DNA from: Xylographa opegraphella | Taxonomy: Eukaryota | Length of the DNA: 64,000 nt | Assembly: GCA_022813865.1 (NCBI GenBank) | Contig: JALDZX010000014.1 | Coordinates: 310,001 to 374,000, forward strand | Reading direction: 5' to 3' | Shown: piece after piece, positions 37,533 through 50,238 of the stretch | How the letters are laid out: the number at the start of each line of letters is the position of its first letter | Numbering within the stretch: the first letter of the stretch is position 1 | Position numbers and translations under genes: made by a program | The notes under the pieces: model-generated | Told to the model about the DNA's origin: nothing | Database searches by the model: none | The model's input: only the letters and a program-made list of their open reading frames with translations

Positions 37533-38063
37533 CGTGAAGATCGAAGGTCCAGCTGGTACTCAGAAAGCAGTTTGATCGTTGCCTTGTCGTGAATGTTATT
37601 GTTCTTGCATGGAGAAAGCACAAGATATGGTGCATCAAAACCCCGCATCGTTTTGATGCGAGAAGGATGCACATGCGTCGAGGCTGCAGATAGGTAGATA
37701 ACGGCAATGCGCGAAAGCGTAGATCTGCAAGATCTTGATAGGCACGAACAAAATTGAAATGTAACGTAATATAGTATATCATTGTTCCTGTATGAACTAC
37801 AAACACTTTGCGCATGCAATGAGGGTATTTCGCTTCGAATTTCGACCACTTTTAGCCGTGTCCCCTCAGTGCGTTGAACAGAAATCTTCTTATCGAACAT
37901 GATGTAAGGTAGCCTGCCATTGCAAGAGACATAAGATGAGAGAAAACGGGGGGCCCATGTGCATCAATAATTTGTGCAGAAAAAATTCCACCAAACTGGA
38001 GTGAACGTAGGATATAGAATGATGCACTTTGAACAGTACAATTTAAACCACAGATAATAAGTC

Positions 38064-39545
38064 TTAATTCCACCGTCTAACTCTCGCGCTTTCGTATGCC
38101 TGCTCACTCCTGCTTTGCCATTCGTCGTCAGGATCGCCGCCGTCCGCTGTCGCGCCTGTCTTCGTTCCTGTAAAATCGATACGCCCGGTAAGGTCACTGT
38201 CAAAAGTACCCACGAGTTTGGTTCCACCAGGCCCACCAAAGGTGATGGAACAAAGTTTCTTATCAGAATAGAGCTGAATTTGACCTTCGCCTGTTTCTTC
38301 TCCTCGCCAGCGGTAATTCCACTCCGGGTGTTGAAGACTTGGATGATCCGACGTATTCAGGTAAAACTCTTCCGGTACCGGTATCGGACTTTCGCTATCC
38401 TCGCCATATCCGTCGTATTCGTCGTCCTCAATGCTTTCTTCACTATCCTCTTCGTCCTCTTCTTCTTCGTCACTATCCTCGGCATCATTGCCCTCCATAT
38501 CTGCGCGGCGAATCCTGGCATGAGTGAGTGTGACTGGTTTTGAGGATTGTGGCTTTTCAGTGTGGCGATTGGATGAAAGGGGACCTATGAACCGAAATAT
38601 CCCTGTGATAACGATGAAGTCAAATTGAGCCCACATCTGCTTGCGACCACCGCTTGTGGTCACCACAATATCTAGGTAGCAGTCGGTGTCGCCGTCACCC
38701 CATTGCTTTTCAATATACGGGCAATTGACTGTCCACGACCCAGTAATATCCCATGACTTCTTCTTTCCTAAACGACAGGTCGTAGACACGAGGTCCTCAT
38801 GGAGCTTTCTGGTCCGTTCTGCTTCTAGCTCCTGAATCCGTTGTCGTGTCCGTGTTGCTTCGCGACTGATATCTCGAACCTTTTCATGAACAGCAGACCT
38901 ATCTTGCCCGATAACGATCCATATGTCGATACTTGGTCGACTGCCATCAGGATTGAGAGGAGCATCGACGGACTGGTGAGCCAGACTGTGATTTTCGCAT
39001 TCTTCATGTAGCTGTGCTCTTTGATGTGTCTGAAGAATGATTAGTGTCCCTTGCCCAAGCAAGAAATGCTCAACGATGAATCGTTTGGGGTCTGCTTCCG
39101 CCTTTGCCTCTGATGTTTCCATTGAATTCCATTTTTCGTCCCTAATCGCAGCGTTCTTCAGTCTGAATTCTTGGTTGAGCTGTTTCTCTAGTTCTGCGAG
39201 TCCTGGATCCATACCACGCATCGAAAACTTGAGCTGTTCCTGCAATTTGGCAATTACACCTGTTTGTGGCAAGTTGCGAAATACACATTGGGCCTTCCAG
39301 TAGGACAGTGGCTGTTTTTTAAACGGCGGCTGATGCACCTTGACCTTCCCTGCCTTAGTCAAGGCTGGTTTGAGGGGCGGTAAGTAGCTTGAAACATAAC
39401 TATCAAATGTGTGTTCATCTTTCTGGAGTCCATTGCCCAAACAGGTGAACAGTTTTCCATTACCTTTGTGTTCGAGCGCGGGGATGACAATGGGTTGTAA
39501 ATCAGGTATCCTGTCCATGGTAGAATCGGTGTCGAAGGAGAACAT
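38064..39545 (-). CDS. Hypothetical protein, 493 aa (SAP-like motif, acidic tract)
   Basis: Intronless ORF; WKAQCVFRNLPQTGVIAKLQEQL SAP-like segment; D/E tract; WRGEETGEGQIQL. Confidence 0.75.
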   Translation of the reverse strand: MFSFDTDSTMDRIPDLQPIVIPALEHKGNGKLFTCLGNGLQKDEHTFDSYVSSYLPPLKPALTKAGKVKVHQPPFKKQPLSYWKAQCVFRNLPQTGVIAKLQEQLKFSMRGMDPGLAELEKQLNQEFRLKNAAIRDEKWNSMETSEAKAEADPKRFIVEHFLLGQGTLIILQTHQRAQLHEECENHSLAHQSVDAPLNPDGSRPSIDIWIVIGQDRSAVHEKVRDISREATRTRQRIQELEAERTRKLHEDLVSTTCRLGKKKSWDITGSWTVNCPYIEKQWGDGDTDCYLDIVVTTSGGRKQMWAQFDFIVITGIFRFIGPLSSNRHTEKPQSSKPVTLTHARIRRADMEGNDAEDSDEEEEDEEDSEESIEDDEYDGYGEDSESPIPVPEEFYLNTSDHPSLQHPEWNYRWRGEETGEGQIQLYSDKKLCSITFGGPGGTKLVGTFDSDLTGRIDFTGTKTGATADGGDPDDEWQSRSEQAYESARVRRWN

Positions 39546-40020
39546 ACGACACAGGTCACAGTGTGGAGAGGGGTAAAAGGACTTTAGAAAATAGGAAACA
39601 AAATTACAGTTTTTGTTCTAGGTTTAGACAGACAGTAACATAACCGGGATTTCCTTGCGTGAACCTCGACCCAAAACTGCTCTAAGAAGGGGCCTTTCGT
39701 GAGAGCACGCCCTTACAGCTCATTCTATTAATGTACTAAAGGCGCGGGGTAAGTACCACGTAAAAGCTTTTGCACGGATAAGGTAACTACCATCGACGTG
39801 AAGCCGGCACGGAATTAAATCATATCACCGGGTAAGATTCCAGCTGCCAACCCGGAAATACAGATGACCTGTCAGCGCCTTGTAAGCACATGATGCCACA
39901 ACTCAAGCCGATCACCTTCAGTTGCCATTCTAGTATGGCTGACAATAGAACCAACTGTTCCTACGCTTATGTACCCTAACCCTCTCACCTTACCCCGAAC
40001 AAAAGACTCTCCCTCCTACC

Positions 40021-41532
40021 ATGCTCCCCCTCCCTGGCGCGCCCTCCACCTCGTGGGCCATGTACCGCGCCCGCCTCCGCGCCGCCTTCGCCGGCGCCGA
40101 TCCCCGCGTATGCATCGCTTTCTGGTTCTTCGGTATGCTCTTCCGTCCCTCTCTCTCCCGTGGCCCGTATGGCGCGGACGCCCGCTGACCCTCCGAACCA
40201 GGGCTCATCAACAACGTCCTCTACGTAATCATCCTCTCCGCCGCACTCGACCTCGTCGGGCCCTCGGTCCCCAAAAGCGCCGTACTCCTCTTCGACGTCG
40301 TGCCCTCCTTCCTCACCAAGCTGGTCGCCCCCTACTTCATCCACCTGCTGCCGTACCCGGTCCGCATCCTGCTCTTCGCTTCCGTCTCCACCGCCGGCAT
40401 GCTGTTGATCGCGCTCTCGCCCGCCTACACCGGCGGCAGCGGGACCGCGGCTGTGAAGATGCTGGGCGTCATGCTCGCCAGCCTGAGCAGTGGAGCAGGC
40501 GAGCTGAGCTTCTTGGGCTTGACGCACTACTACGGGGAGTTCAGCCTCGCGGCGTGGGGCAGTGGTACGGGGGCTGCAGGGCTGGTGGGAGCGGGGGCGT
40601 ATGCGCTGGCGACGACGGTGCTGGGCCTGGGGGTTAAGGCTACTTTGTCGGCCAGTGCGGTGCTACCGCTGGGGATGGTGATCGCGTTCTTCGGGGTGCT
40701 GCCCAGAGGGGCGATGCGGGAGAGGGGCATGCGTGGGAAGAGTGGGAGCGAAGCCATCCACGAAGACGCGGAAGGCGAGGCAACAGTGAGCCCAAGGACA
40801 GAAGACGATATAGCAGTGGACGACGCGGAAGACGAGGGCTTGCTCGGCACCGGAAAGCGCTCCGCCCTTGTATCCGGCACTCCGACACCGTGGATTCACT
40901 CGTTGCGCACCAACATCCGCCGAGCGCGCGGGCTCTTCTTCCCCTAGTAAGCTGTCTATCCTTTGCCATGCCCCACCCTCAACCTCCAACCAACCGATGA
41001 CTAACCCACCCCCTCCCTCCACAGCATGCTCCCCCTCCTCCTCGTCTACACCGCCGAATACACCATCAACCAAGCCGTGGCCCCAACGCTCCTCTTCCCC
41101 CTCGCCAGCTCCCCCTTCCCCTCATACCGCTCCTTCTACCCCACCTACCAATTCACCTACCAAGCCGGCGTCTTCCTCTCCCGCTCCTCGACCCCCTTCC
41201 TGCGCATCCACGCCCTGTACGCGCCCTCCCTGCTGCAGTGCCTCAACCTGCTCCTCCTCGTCCTGCAGAGCCTGTACTCCCCCCTGCCGAACGTGTGGTG
41301 CGTCCTCGCCGTCGTGTTCTGGGAGGGCCTCCTCGGCGGCTTGGTCTACGTGAATACTTTCGCGCAGATCCTGGAGCGCGAGCCCGCGGACGCGAGGGAG
41401 TTTTCGCTCGGCGCCGTGACCGTCAGTGATAGTGCGGGCATCTGTGTCGCGGGCGTGCTGGGCATCGGGGTCGAGGGCGCGCTGTGTCGGTGGCAGGTAG
41501 CCCGGGGGCGGGACTGGTGTACGCGAATCTGA
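40021..41532 (+). CDS. BTN1: Battenin (CLN3 family) vacuolar/Golgi membrane protein
   Basis: [81 protein letters not shown]; two introns. Confidence 0.95.
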
Positions 41533-42425
41533 GGGCGTGGGGGAGGGGGGGAGTGTGGGTTTTGTGCATATTGAGACTTTGTTCGTCGTTGGATTGGGGA
41601 AGTTGGGGTGTTCGATTGTGTTTTGGGGGTTGGGGGTTGGAGCTCTTGTGGAATGGAAGATCACTTCGCCAACGATCGGTGCATTGGGGTGGCGGCTTGG
41701 ACTCCCAGGGCCATATGATCGATGCTCGATGAGCAATCCACGTCTGGAGAACGACCCAAGACGCTATAGGTTTGGTATATCTTCTATGAAACGCCGCAAC
41801 TTGCGGCTTCGGTCCGCGATCAGCCTTGCATAAGACGGCAAATCGAGATGTGGAGATCCGAAAGCTCGTCATCGTCCTTGTAAGTTATCACATAACTTTA
41901 TACAAATGTTCGAACCTAGCACGGTTTACAGGCATATATACTACATAGAAGAAGAAAAAACAAAAAAAGTAATTGTCGTGCACGCAGCAGACTCTTTTTA
42001 TCCATTCATCGCAGATACTCAGAAACCTCGCGTACCCATAGAACATAGCGCCGGTGTGGTCATCGCTGTACGAGTCACCACAATATACACCGCTCCTGCC
42101 AGCTTGCCATTTCGAATGAGTGCCTGATGCCAAGGAGGAACTGGCTTTCGAAGACCAACTCCACGCTCTGTGACCGAATCCCGCCCGCCTCGCTCCCGAA
42201 TCTCACTTATCGGAGCGCGCGCAGTTGCTGGTGTGATCATCATGTATCTGCTCGAGCTTTGATGGATTGAGTTCACGATCTTGCCTCGGGTTGTAGTTCT
42301 CGGAAAGATCCAAACGCGTATGCAGGAGGACGGCTGTGTCATGGATATGAAGGAAGACTGCTCGTATCGTGGCGAGCAGCGCGCACCTCAGCTACAATCC
42401 CCAACCCGCTAGCACCAGTCAATCC

Positions 42426-43751
42426 TCATCCACTCAAGCGATGGCTCCCAATCGCCACAAGATCCGTTAGCCGCGAATCCGAGAAGGGCGTCTGGCGCGG
42501 CATCGTCACCAGAAGCGCCAACAGGACGAGTAGGGTCAAAGTCACGTTGCGGGTGTCTATCACGGAGGCCGTGTCGACGGTACAGCTGATGCCGTACAGT
42601 TTCGGCTCCGGTACATTTCCGGCATCCCATTCCTTTATCCATGCAACGTCGCCTATCGCCTCGGCAGCATAGCCGGCGTCCGCCAACAAGCCACCGATTA
42701 CTATTGTCGCTGAGCCAATATCGGTACGCGTACAGATCCCCGAAGCTGACCAACCAGATTGGGTCGTGTTGAGAGCAGCAGTCCCAGGATACGTGCTGAC
42801 TGTACAACCGTCGGAGGAGGTGATGCTAAGATATCCATCAGAGGAGAAGGTTATGTTCTTCTCTCTGGCGCACTGGACGGGGTTCGCTGTCAGCACGGGT
42901 ACACACTGCGACGTTGACAGCAGGTCAGTCTTGTATATATCCAGCGTCTCGTTCAGCCAGAGTGGGACTGAGGAACTATCGGCGCCGACTTGCGACGAAT
43001 AGATAGATGCTGGAGCACCCGGGGCTGATGGACGTATAGCCACTCCAAGGTCCGCATAGCCATAATTGGAGGCGTCGATGACGTTAATGCTTCCCATTAG
43101 ACTCATGATCAGGCTCGTAGGACAGGAGTCCAAATTGACCCAAATCTGGTAATACGACCCATTAGGGAATATCCAGATGCCAGCCTGGCTTGGACTTAAA
43201 GGCTCGGTAGTTGCGCAATGATAGTCGGCGAAATCTGCTAAAGCGTAGCTTTGTACGACTTGATACGAGCTCGGCGAGGAGGCCAGCCCAGCCACGACGG
43301 CGGTCGTCGTCAATCCACAAACAAGGAATGTGAAGGAGACGTTCCAGTATCGCAACGCTTCCGAGATGGACGATACATTGAGAACGGTTCTCCAGAAAGG
43401 ATCGATTTTCTCGTAACTTCTTCCGTTGTATAACTGTGTATCAACTCTCCTCAGCCAGAGCCTCCGGATCTGCGACGCTGTGCCGTACGTGTATAACGAT
43501 GCCACAATGGTGGTCCCCGTCACGTAGAGAGTCCTTGCGGTTGAGCTCAGGGACCCGATCGTGGTCAGGCTGATATCAACAAAGACGATGGCCACGAGGA
43601 GAATCAAGGCCAAGACGCCGAGTAGCTTATCATTCTGTGCAGGGTGCGAATGGATCCCGACTTCCTCCACGTGCGACTGAGGAATCGGCTTGATCTCAGG
43701 ATCCCGCAAACGCTTCATCATGGGTTGTCCACAGTCGGGATCGGCTTCCAT
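42426..43751 (-). CDS. Hypothetical multi-TM membrane protein with Cys-containing luminal domain
   Basis: 441-aa ORF, three N-terminal hydrophobic segments, N-glycosylation sequons, C-terminal hydrophobic segment. Confidence 0.6.
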   Translation of the reverse strand: MEADPDCGQPMMKRLRDPEIKPIPQSHVEEVGIHSHPAQNDKLLGVLALILLVAIVFVDISLTTIGSLSSTARTLYVTGTTIVASLYTYGTASQIRRLWLRRVDTQLYNGRSYEKIDPFWRTVLNVSSISEALRYWNVSFTFLVCGLTTTAVVAGLASSPSSYQVVQSYALADFADYHCATTEPLSPSQAGIWIFPNGSYYQIWVNLDSCPTSLIMSLMGSINVIDASNYGYADLGVAIRPSAPGAPASIYSSQVGADSSSVPLWLNETLDIYKTDLLSTSQCVPVLTANPVQCAREKNITFSSDGYLSITSSDGCTVSTYPGTAALNTTQSGWSASGICTRTDIGSATIVIGGLLADAGYAAEAIGDVAWIKEWDAGNVPEPKLYGISCTVDTASVIDTRNVTLTLLVLLALLVTMPRQTPFSDSRLTDLVAIGSHRLSG

Positions 43752-44894
43752 GTTTTAACAAGGTCGAGCAGCTTTTAAGAGAAATAATGCAACGCAATCT
43801 TGCTGGATAAGACACGAAAGAGCCTGAAAGAACAAACAAACTGGCGCCGACCAGCTTCTTCATCAAGACCATCAAGATCAAGCCTTCGCAAGGCATACTG
43901 GCCATTCTTGGCATGGCTTGCCCTTAGTAGAGTCGACCACCCTACTGTGGGCTGTAGAATGCCAGACTGATACACAACTGAGAAGCTATCGAGGCCGGCT
44001 GAGGTCCAGAACCCACGCTACGGTCGAGTGGCGTGGCCCATAGCCGTCGAGCGAGACTTCGGCAAGCCGAGATCGGAAAGTTGGCAGGGAAACTTGTGGT
44101 TGGTTCGGAGGACAGGAGGAGATCTTAATGGATGATACGGGGAAGCCGAACACCAACTGGCAACTTTGTGATAGAGCCTCAGTCTGCACAACCAATAATG
44201 TCGACCCGCAGTATTGGTCCAGATGATCTAGACAGAGGACACAAGACGAGGCTGCCGCTTCGGCTGGGGAGACCACCCGTATCAATACATTTACTCGGCG
44301 AGCCTATCGTGGAGGATATCTCAGTCTTTAGAATAATGTTAGAGTATACCTAGTCTAGGTCAAGCCCAGATTAACCCTAGATCAGTCCAGAAATCTGGAT
44401 TTCACTCCCCATCCGGTACATAGATCTTTCGCGCGCAAAGAGCATACCTTAGTATTTCAGTAGTGTAAACACCGGGGTCGTCACCCGGGTAATCCGTAGA
44501 ATAGCATTGCGAACGATCATGCAGCACAGTCGGGTCAAATCACCATACTACCGTATGATAGAGTAGGTTTGTCTCAAACGTATTCGAGGGTATAGTATTA
44601 TTACCCAAGATGCACGCACCGTCACTGGCACAATCATAGGAACACATTCTCTCCAACGGCGTGCGATCCACAAACATTATCCGCTTTTCATCCAAATTGG
44701 CCCCCCCCCCTGAGCCGCTACTGACGGCATTTGCGAAACTACAACCGAGACATCGCGGAACCGAATCTCGATCCATATATACTCAACAAAATGACCCTTG
44801 CCCTTCAAGGCCCTTATCCAACCAGGCCCGGGTATCCGCATTTCCTCCCATAAATACATCCAAGCCGTCGCATTATCCACCAGCAGGGTCCCTT

Positions 44895-47800
44895 TCAAAG
44901 ACGGCTCTTGACAGCCGCCAGCTCCCCGTCCCACTGCACCTTCATGGTCGTCGGGAACGGCCAGTAACTCGAGCCGTCAGCCAGCATGTACATGGTGTAC
45001 CCGCCCGGCAGCTTGATCTGCTTGATATGGCCCTGCGGGCCCGGAGCGCGGCGCAGGTTCTTCAGCTTGCACACCGTCTTCAGCATGGTGGTCATGGCCA
45101 CCTTGCTCACGTCGTAGCCGAGACATATGTGTGGACCCCAGCCGTAATGGATGTAGGAGTCAAGGGGGCGGGTCAGGTCCACGGTCTCGGGATTGGGGAA
45201 GCCGGCGCTATCGTGCGACGCAGTGACCTAAAGGCAAAGATGTTAGCGAGAGCCGGAAGCAGGGATAAAGAGGGAGGTGCATACGCAATCGACCATGATT
45301 CGCTGGCCCTTGTGTAGGTGAATCTTGGAATCGCCATCCTGTATGTCTGCTGCGGTTTCGACGTCACGATAGAGGCCGACCGAAGCACTGAGTCGTGAAC
45401 CTTCCATGAAGCTAGGGGTTATTAGCATGCGCTCGATGGTCAACTGTCATCACAGACTTACTATCGGAGGATAAGATCATCCGCCTGCTCGGTATCTTCC
45501 CAAGCCAATTCATGGATCTTTTGCAGATGATGTTTTTGTTCATCGGCAAGGTAGAAATCCAGGCATTGCGCAAACAATTGTGCTTGGTTAGCTACCATGC
45601 CACCAGCTGTTGGCAGTATTTGAGACCACACTACATCCTTGACTCCCAACCCACTCTTGAGAAGCTGCATGATCATGTGCACACCGTAGTGAGATAACGG
45701 TGAGTGTTGATGAAAGCGATCTATGATATTCGCCATGAATCCTGAACCATGAAGACTCATAGGCTCAACCATCATCTGCATAATATTGCCCAATTGCTGA
45801 GTGACAGCACGGGAGCCTTGCCGAAGAGGAAAGCTTTTGGCCGGGTCTGCGTCGAAAAAGATGCAGGTAAAAACCAAGGCCATGACGAGGTAGAGTTCCT
45901 CTTCTGCAAAGATACCCCTGGGGTTCTTCTCCGTTTTCAGTGGCAGACAGAAGACTTCCGCCGCAAAGTGCGTCTGAGCGAGATTTCCGACATCACGGAC
46001 GATGTCGACTTGATTGATGCCCGCCAGCTTGTAGGACTTTTTGCCAAGCAAGTCCAAAGTGATTTTCTCGTAGAATGCCTTGATCTCCTGATGCCATCCA
46101 TCTTTGTAGAGACCTTGGCTCATCAACTCGCGAGACGATGCGTTGGCTGGTCGATCTCCAGCAAGCATGAAATCGTAGCCATATAATTTGCCGCTGTTCT
46201 GCATTAAGAAAGTGATTGCGTCGCCCCAGGTGACTTTGTAGTCTACCTTGTTTCCAAGGATCAGTGTTGCAGCCTTATAACTCGTGATGAGGGTAGGAGG
46301 CGGAACATAGACAGGCTCATCGAAGCTGTACAGGTCCTGTTTGCCAAGATTGGTAAGAATGGACCGATTTGCTGACGGGACCGTCAGTGGGAAGTGGGCG
46401 AAGACCGAGTTTGCTTTGAAATGATTGGGGAAGGCACGCAAAAAGAGCTTGTAAAAGACATGACCTCCGTCTACTGTGACATCATAATTCACCTCGCTGT
46501 ATCCCCAACTTGTCAGATTTTGCGGTGTATAGTCGGTTGTGTAGAAGCGGTCTCCTCGAACCAGTGCGACAGCATCAGACAAGACCGCACGCCCAATTGT
46601 CATACCAGGACATAGCCCGCTGCCAGGGACCATGGGAACCTTTGCCTGTTCTACTACAAGCCCTGGATACAACTCCACTAGATCTGGATGATCATAAAGA
46701 TGCTCCAATTGTGAAGCAACTTCAGGGTCGGGGTTGATGTCCAAAAATGTCTCATGCTTAGTGAGACCAAAGAAAGCGCGGAATTCATTCAACGTCGCGA
46801 GGTTCCAGGACCGAGCCTGCATAATGCCAAGTATTTCGACAGATCTAAGGATGGTCGGTACCCGCTTTGCGCCGAAAGATCCAGCGACATCCTTGACACT
46901 GCTCGTTAGAATCTCGACCAAAGCATCATCGTTCAAGGTTCCATCAGTTGCTCGTTTTATGTTAGCAAATGGACGTTGCTGCGGATCATCCGATAGACTT
47001 GCTTCCCATTTGCCAAGAGTTTGCAGTAATTCGTGAAGACCGACGTCGTCGGGATTCCGTCCTGGAAACATGTTCCGATACTCCTTCTGAGTCCACTCAT
47101 CGTCACGCTCGGAAATAGCGGAATGCCAACGGTAAACAAGATTGAATTCCGCTGATACCTGATTGCCAACTCCTTCTGGACAAGGGTGCTGCATGAGCAG
47201 GGTCTTATTCTCGGTATTCCGAGGATCGAGATCCCAAGTGCTGTTGGTTTGGTTGACATTCAAGATGGTTCTGACGTAGTCCTTTAGAATGCAATTGATG
47301 TACAACCCACAAGTTATCAATCGACCGGTCTGGAAGAGGTCGTTGTCATATTTTGCATGTGCTTCAGTCGAGTCATCCATGGGTTTGTTAAATCGACCGC
47401 AGTCATTGATTACAGCGAGCTGCTCAACTACATAGTTGTGGAAACGATTGAACATGATCAAAAGGACCCCGGTGCCTGGCGGAAATCCAAGGAGACGTTT
47501 TTCGGAGAAGCAATCCGCCTTGATCTTACCATCCTGGAATGTCCGCATATGGTTCTGCTCGTCTTGATTGCTCCCATACAGTGGCGCAAGATCAAGATAT
47601 GAGGAAGTCATGGAGTTGTTGAAATTTTTATGGTCAGTTCGGAACAGGTCTGGAATCATGAGTTAAGCTTGGAGATCGCTCACGACGGAGGATCGGTCTT
47701 ACCATGAATAATGATAGAAGCCAGGTAGAAAAGCACACTTGAGATCTGATTTGGATGAGGCTCGAACCCCTTCCGAGCCAGAAGACAATCGAATAGAGTC

Positions 47801-48491
47801 CCTGGATCCGGGCGCGCCGCAGCTTGTACAGTGCGAGGATTTACTGTTCGAGCATAGGGTGTGTTTGCAGCGCCAAGCTTGGGAAACAGCACGTTCTAGC
47901 TAATTGTGAGATCATTGTAGCTCGGACGCATTGTTGATTGTGTTGTCTTACGTTGTTCGACCCATCCGCTGAACGGAACTTGTATGCTTCGCCCAAAGAC
48001 CTGTGAAGTATCAGAACACATGTTACGGAAAATTGCTATGGACAGCATACGCAATCGGAGGATGTTTCAAGTCATTCCAAAGACCATTGAGGAAAGTATC
48101 TGTCAGTTCTGTACCGAGAGTGGACGTGGCGGGAAGCTCAGCGGCGACCTTTTCGCAATGAACATTAGCCGAAAACTTCGAACCCAGTGAGAACTCTCAC
48201 TTGAACGACCCGCTCCATAAGGCACGTCCTGTCGTCAGTTGGGCCACCCGTGGCTTGAGCCTTGACCGTCTGTATCAATGACTTCACATCTCTAATATGG
48301 AGCTTCTGCAAGTCTTCCAATAGTCCGGTTGAAATCGGGGGAGTGATGTAGCTTCCATCGCCTGTTTCCTTAGGCAATGGACGCAAGGATGCTTTGATGA
48401 GTTGGGTTACGGACGCGAAGGCATCTTCAACTCCCTTGCGGGCGGAGGTGTGCATGACCGGGACGGCTGGTAAATCCGGTTTCCCCGACAT
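44895..48491 (-). CDS. ppoA: Linoleate diol synthase / psi-producing oxygenase (heme dioxygenase-P450 fusion, PpoA-type)
   Basis: IIIH-D distal His, EFNLVYRWH (catalytic Tyr, proximal His), DYVRTIL (8R-DOX type), MVANQAQ, EGSR, HYGWGPHICLG with heme Cys retained; multi-exon. Confidence 0.9.
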
Positions 48492-50238
48492 TATGGGCGT
48501 TTCGTGGGTTTGATTCCCTACAGGAGAATGCTAGGAGGGGCTCACAGATCTGTATGTGGTACGATTAGCAAAGCAATGATCACAATCGTCGGTTCCGAAC
48601 TGAACGATTTTAGACTCCGTGGTGAAAGAAGAATCCCACACTGAGCAGTCCCATATCTCTGTAGCAAAACTGCTCTGTGAGCTCATACTCCTGCACTAAG
48701 GCGTGAAGAAGACATCTGCCGTTGCTCGTCCAGGAAGAACAACAATAGGAAACAAAGATCGTCACTCACCAGTGCGCTTCGTCACAGCTTGATTGCTTGA
48801 TCGAGAGGGAGGGCCGGCTGCCAACCCTTTTCAAAGGATGCAGGAATGACTCGTTGAAACGACTTGGCTCCAAAGCAAGCAAGTAGCGTGGCAATGAGCA
48901 AGCCTTTGAAGGCAGCCAACTGTTACGGGACAAGCCAATGGCGCAACGGTCGTGGTTGCAAGCAAGATGAAAAAGGCAGCAGAGCCAGGAATCGGAAGCA
49001 CTCGGTGATGAAAGGACGGACTTCGTCCACAGCGAGAGGAGGGGGACAGAATAGATGATGAAGAGCACAGGCGGCGAGCTGAACGAACATGGCGGACGAC
49101 ATGCTGGGTCCAGCCCCGCCAGCACGCGCAACGGTGAAGCTGACAATAGTAGTGCCTCGGGCGTACTCCAGCGCGGCTGAAGTGGCGAGACTAACTCAAG
49201 ATAGATTCGATAAGCAGCTCAGACACACACCGCCCGTACGAAGTATATGGGGTAGAGGGGTGAGGCATTACAGCACGAAATGATCTCGCCATTGTGGCTC
49301 CAGTCGGTCGACGGGGACTCATCGGGCGCTGCTGCTGTACGTGCAGGCCAACCAGCGTGATCCTTTGGATGGCAGCAACAGAATTAACTATTACCTTACC
49401 TCAGGTGCTGCACTTTCTGCCTCTTCTCCCCACCCGTTCTCTCAACAGGACTCGACACGCCGAATTGGCCGAATTGTGCGTTTAGCTCGATCGAACTAGC
49501 GCGCATCGGGTCACACCATGTGTATGGCATCCGCTCTGGCCATTGATTGGTCAAACATGGGTCTCCATCCCTGCTCCTACCCCTGCCCTTACCCCATGTC
49601 CCCTGCTCTCCTCGGCACGAACGGGTCCCTTTTGGGCTTGAAAGCGTGGTGGTGCGTGTTTCGGCAGTGGCGGAGATATCAAACATGTTCGACGGTGATG
49701 CTGGAATGATAGATGTTTCACTTTTCGCCGCAATCATACCTACCTTACTCAAATCATGAGAGCTGCTGTGATACGTATCAAATACATCCCGAAGATGAAC
49801 GCCTTCCGATTCGCCGAAGCAATGGGTGGACGGTCACGCCGAGTCAGATGAGATCCTTTGCGGTCCGCCGTGGGGGTGCTCTTTCAGCCTGAGCGTTAAC
49901 CCCAGAATCCTCCAACGCATGACGTCTTCATCCTTGTCAGGGAAGCGGCGGGGGAGATGTTCGATGGCATAGGGCAGACCGCTCTTACGAGGAACAACAG
50001 AGTACCACGGGGGGAACAGGAGATTGGCTGTCCACTGTTCAGCATAAAAGTGGGGGCTCCCAATGATGCGGCGGCGCTTAAAAGACTGCCGCGGACGCCC
50101 CTTCGACTGCGCCAAATGGTGCCGGGCTCAGGACTTGCTCAGACGGCAATACAGTGTCCGAGGAATCATCTAATCAGCGTCTGTTGTCCTATGTACATCT
50201 GTACGCCTGTAAAATGTGGGGATCGTAGTATGCCTCAG

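Noticed and set aside
43775..44353. Short ORFs upstream of the 441-aa gene
   Set aside because: No consistent spliced frame or recognisable domain.
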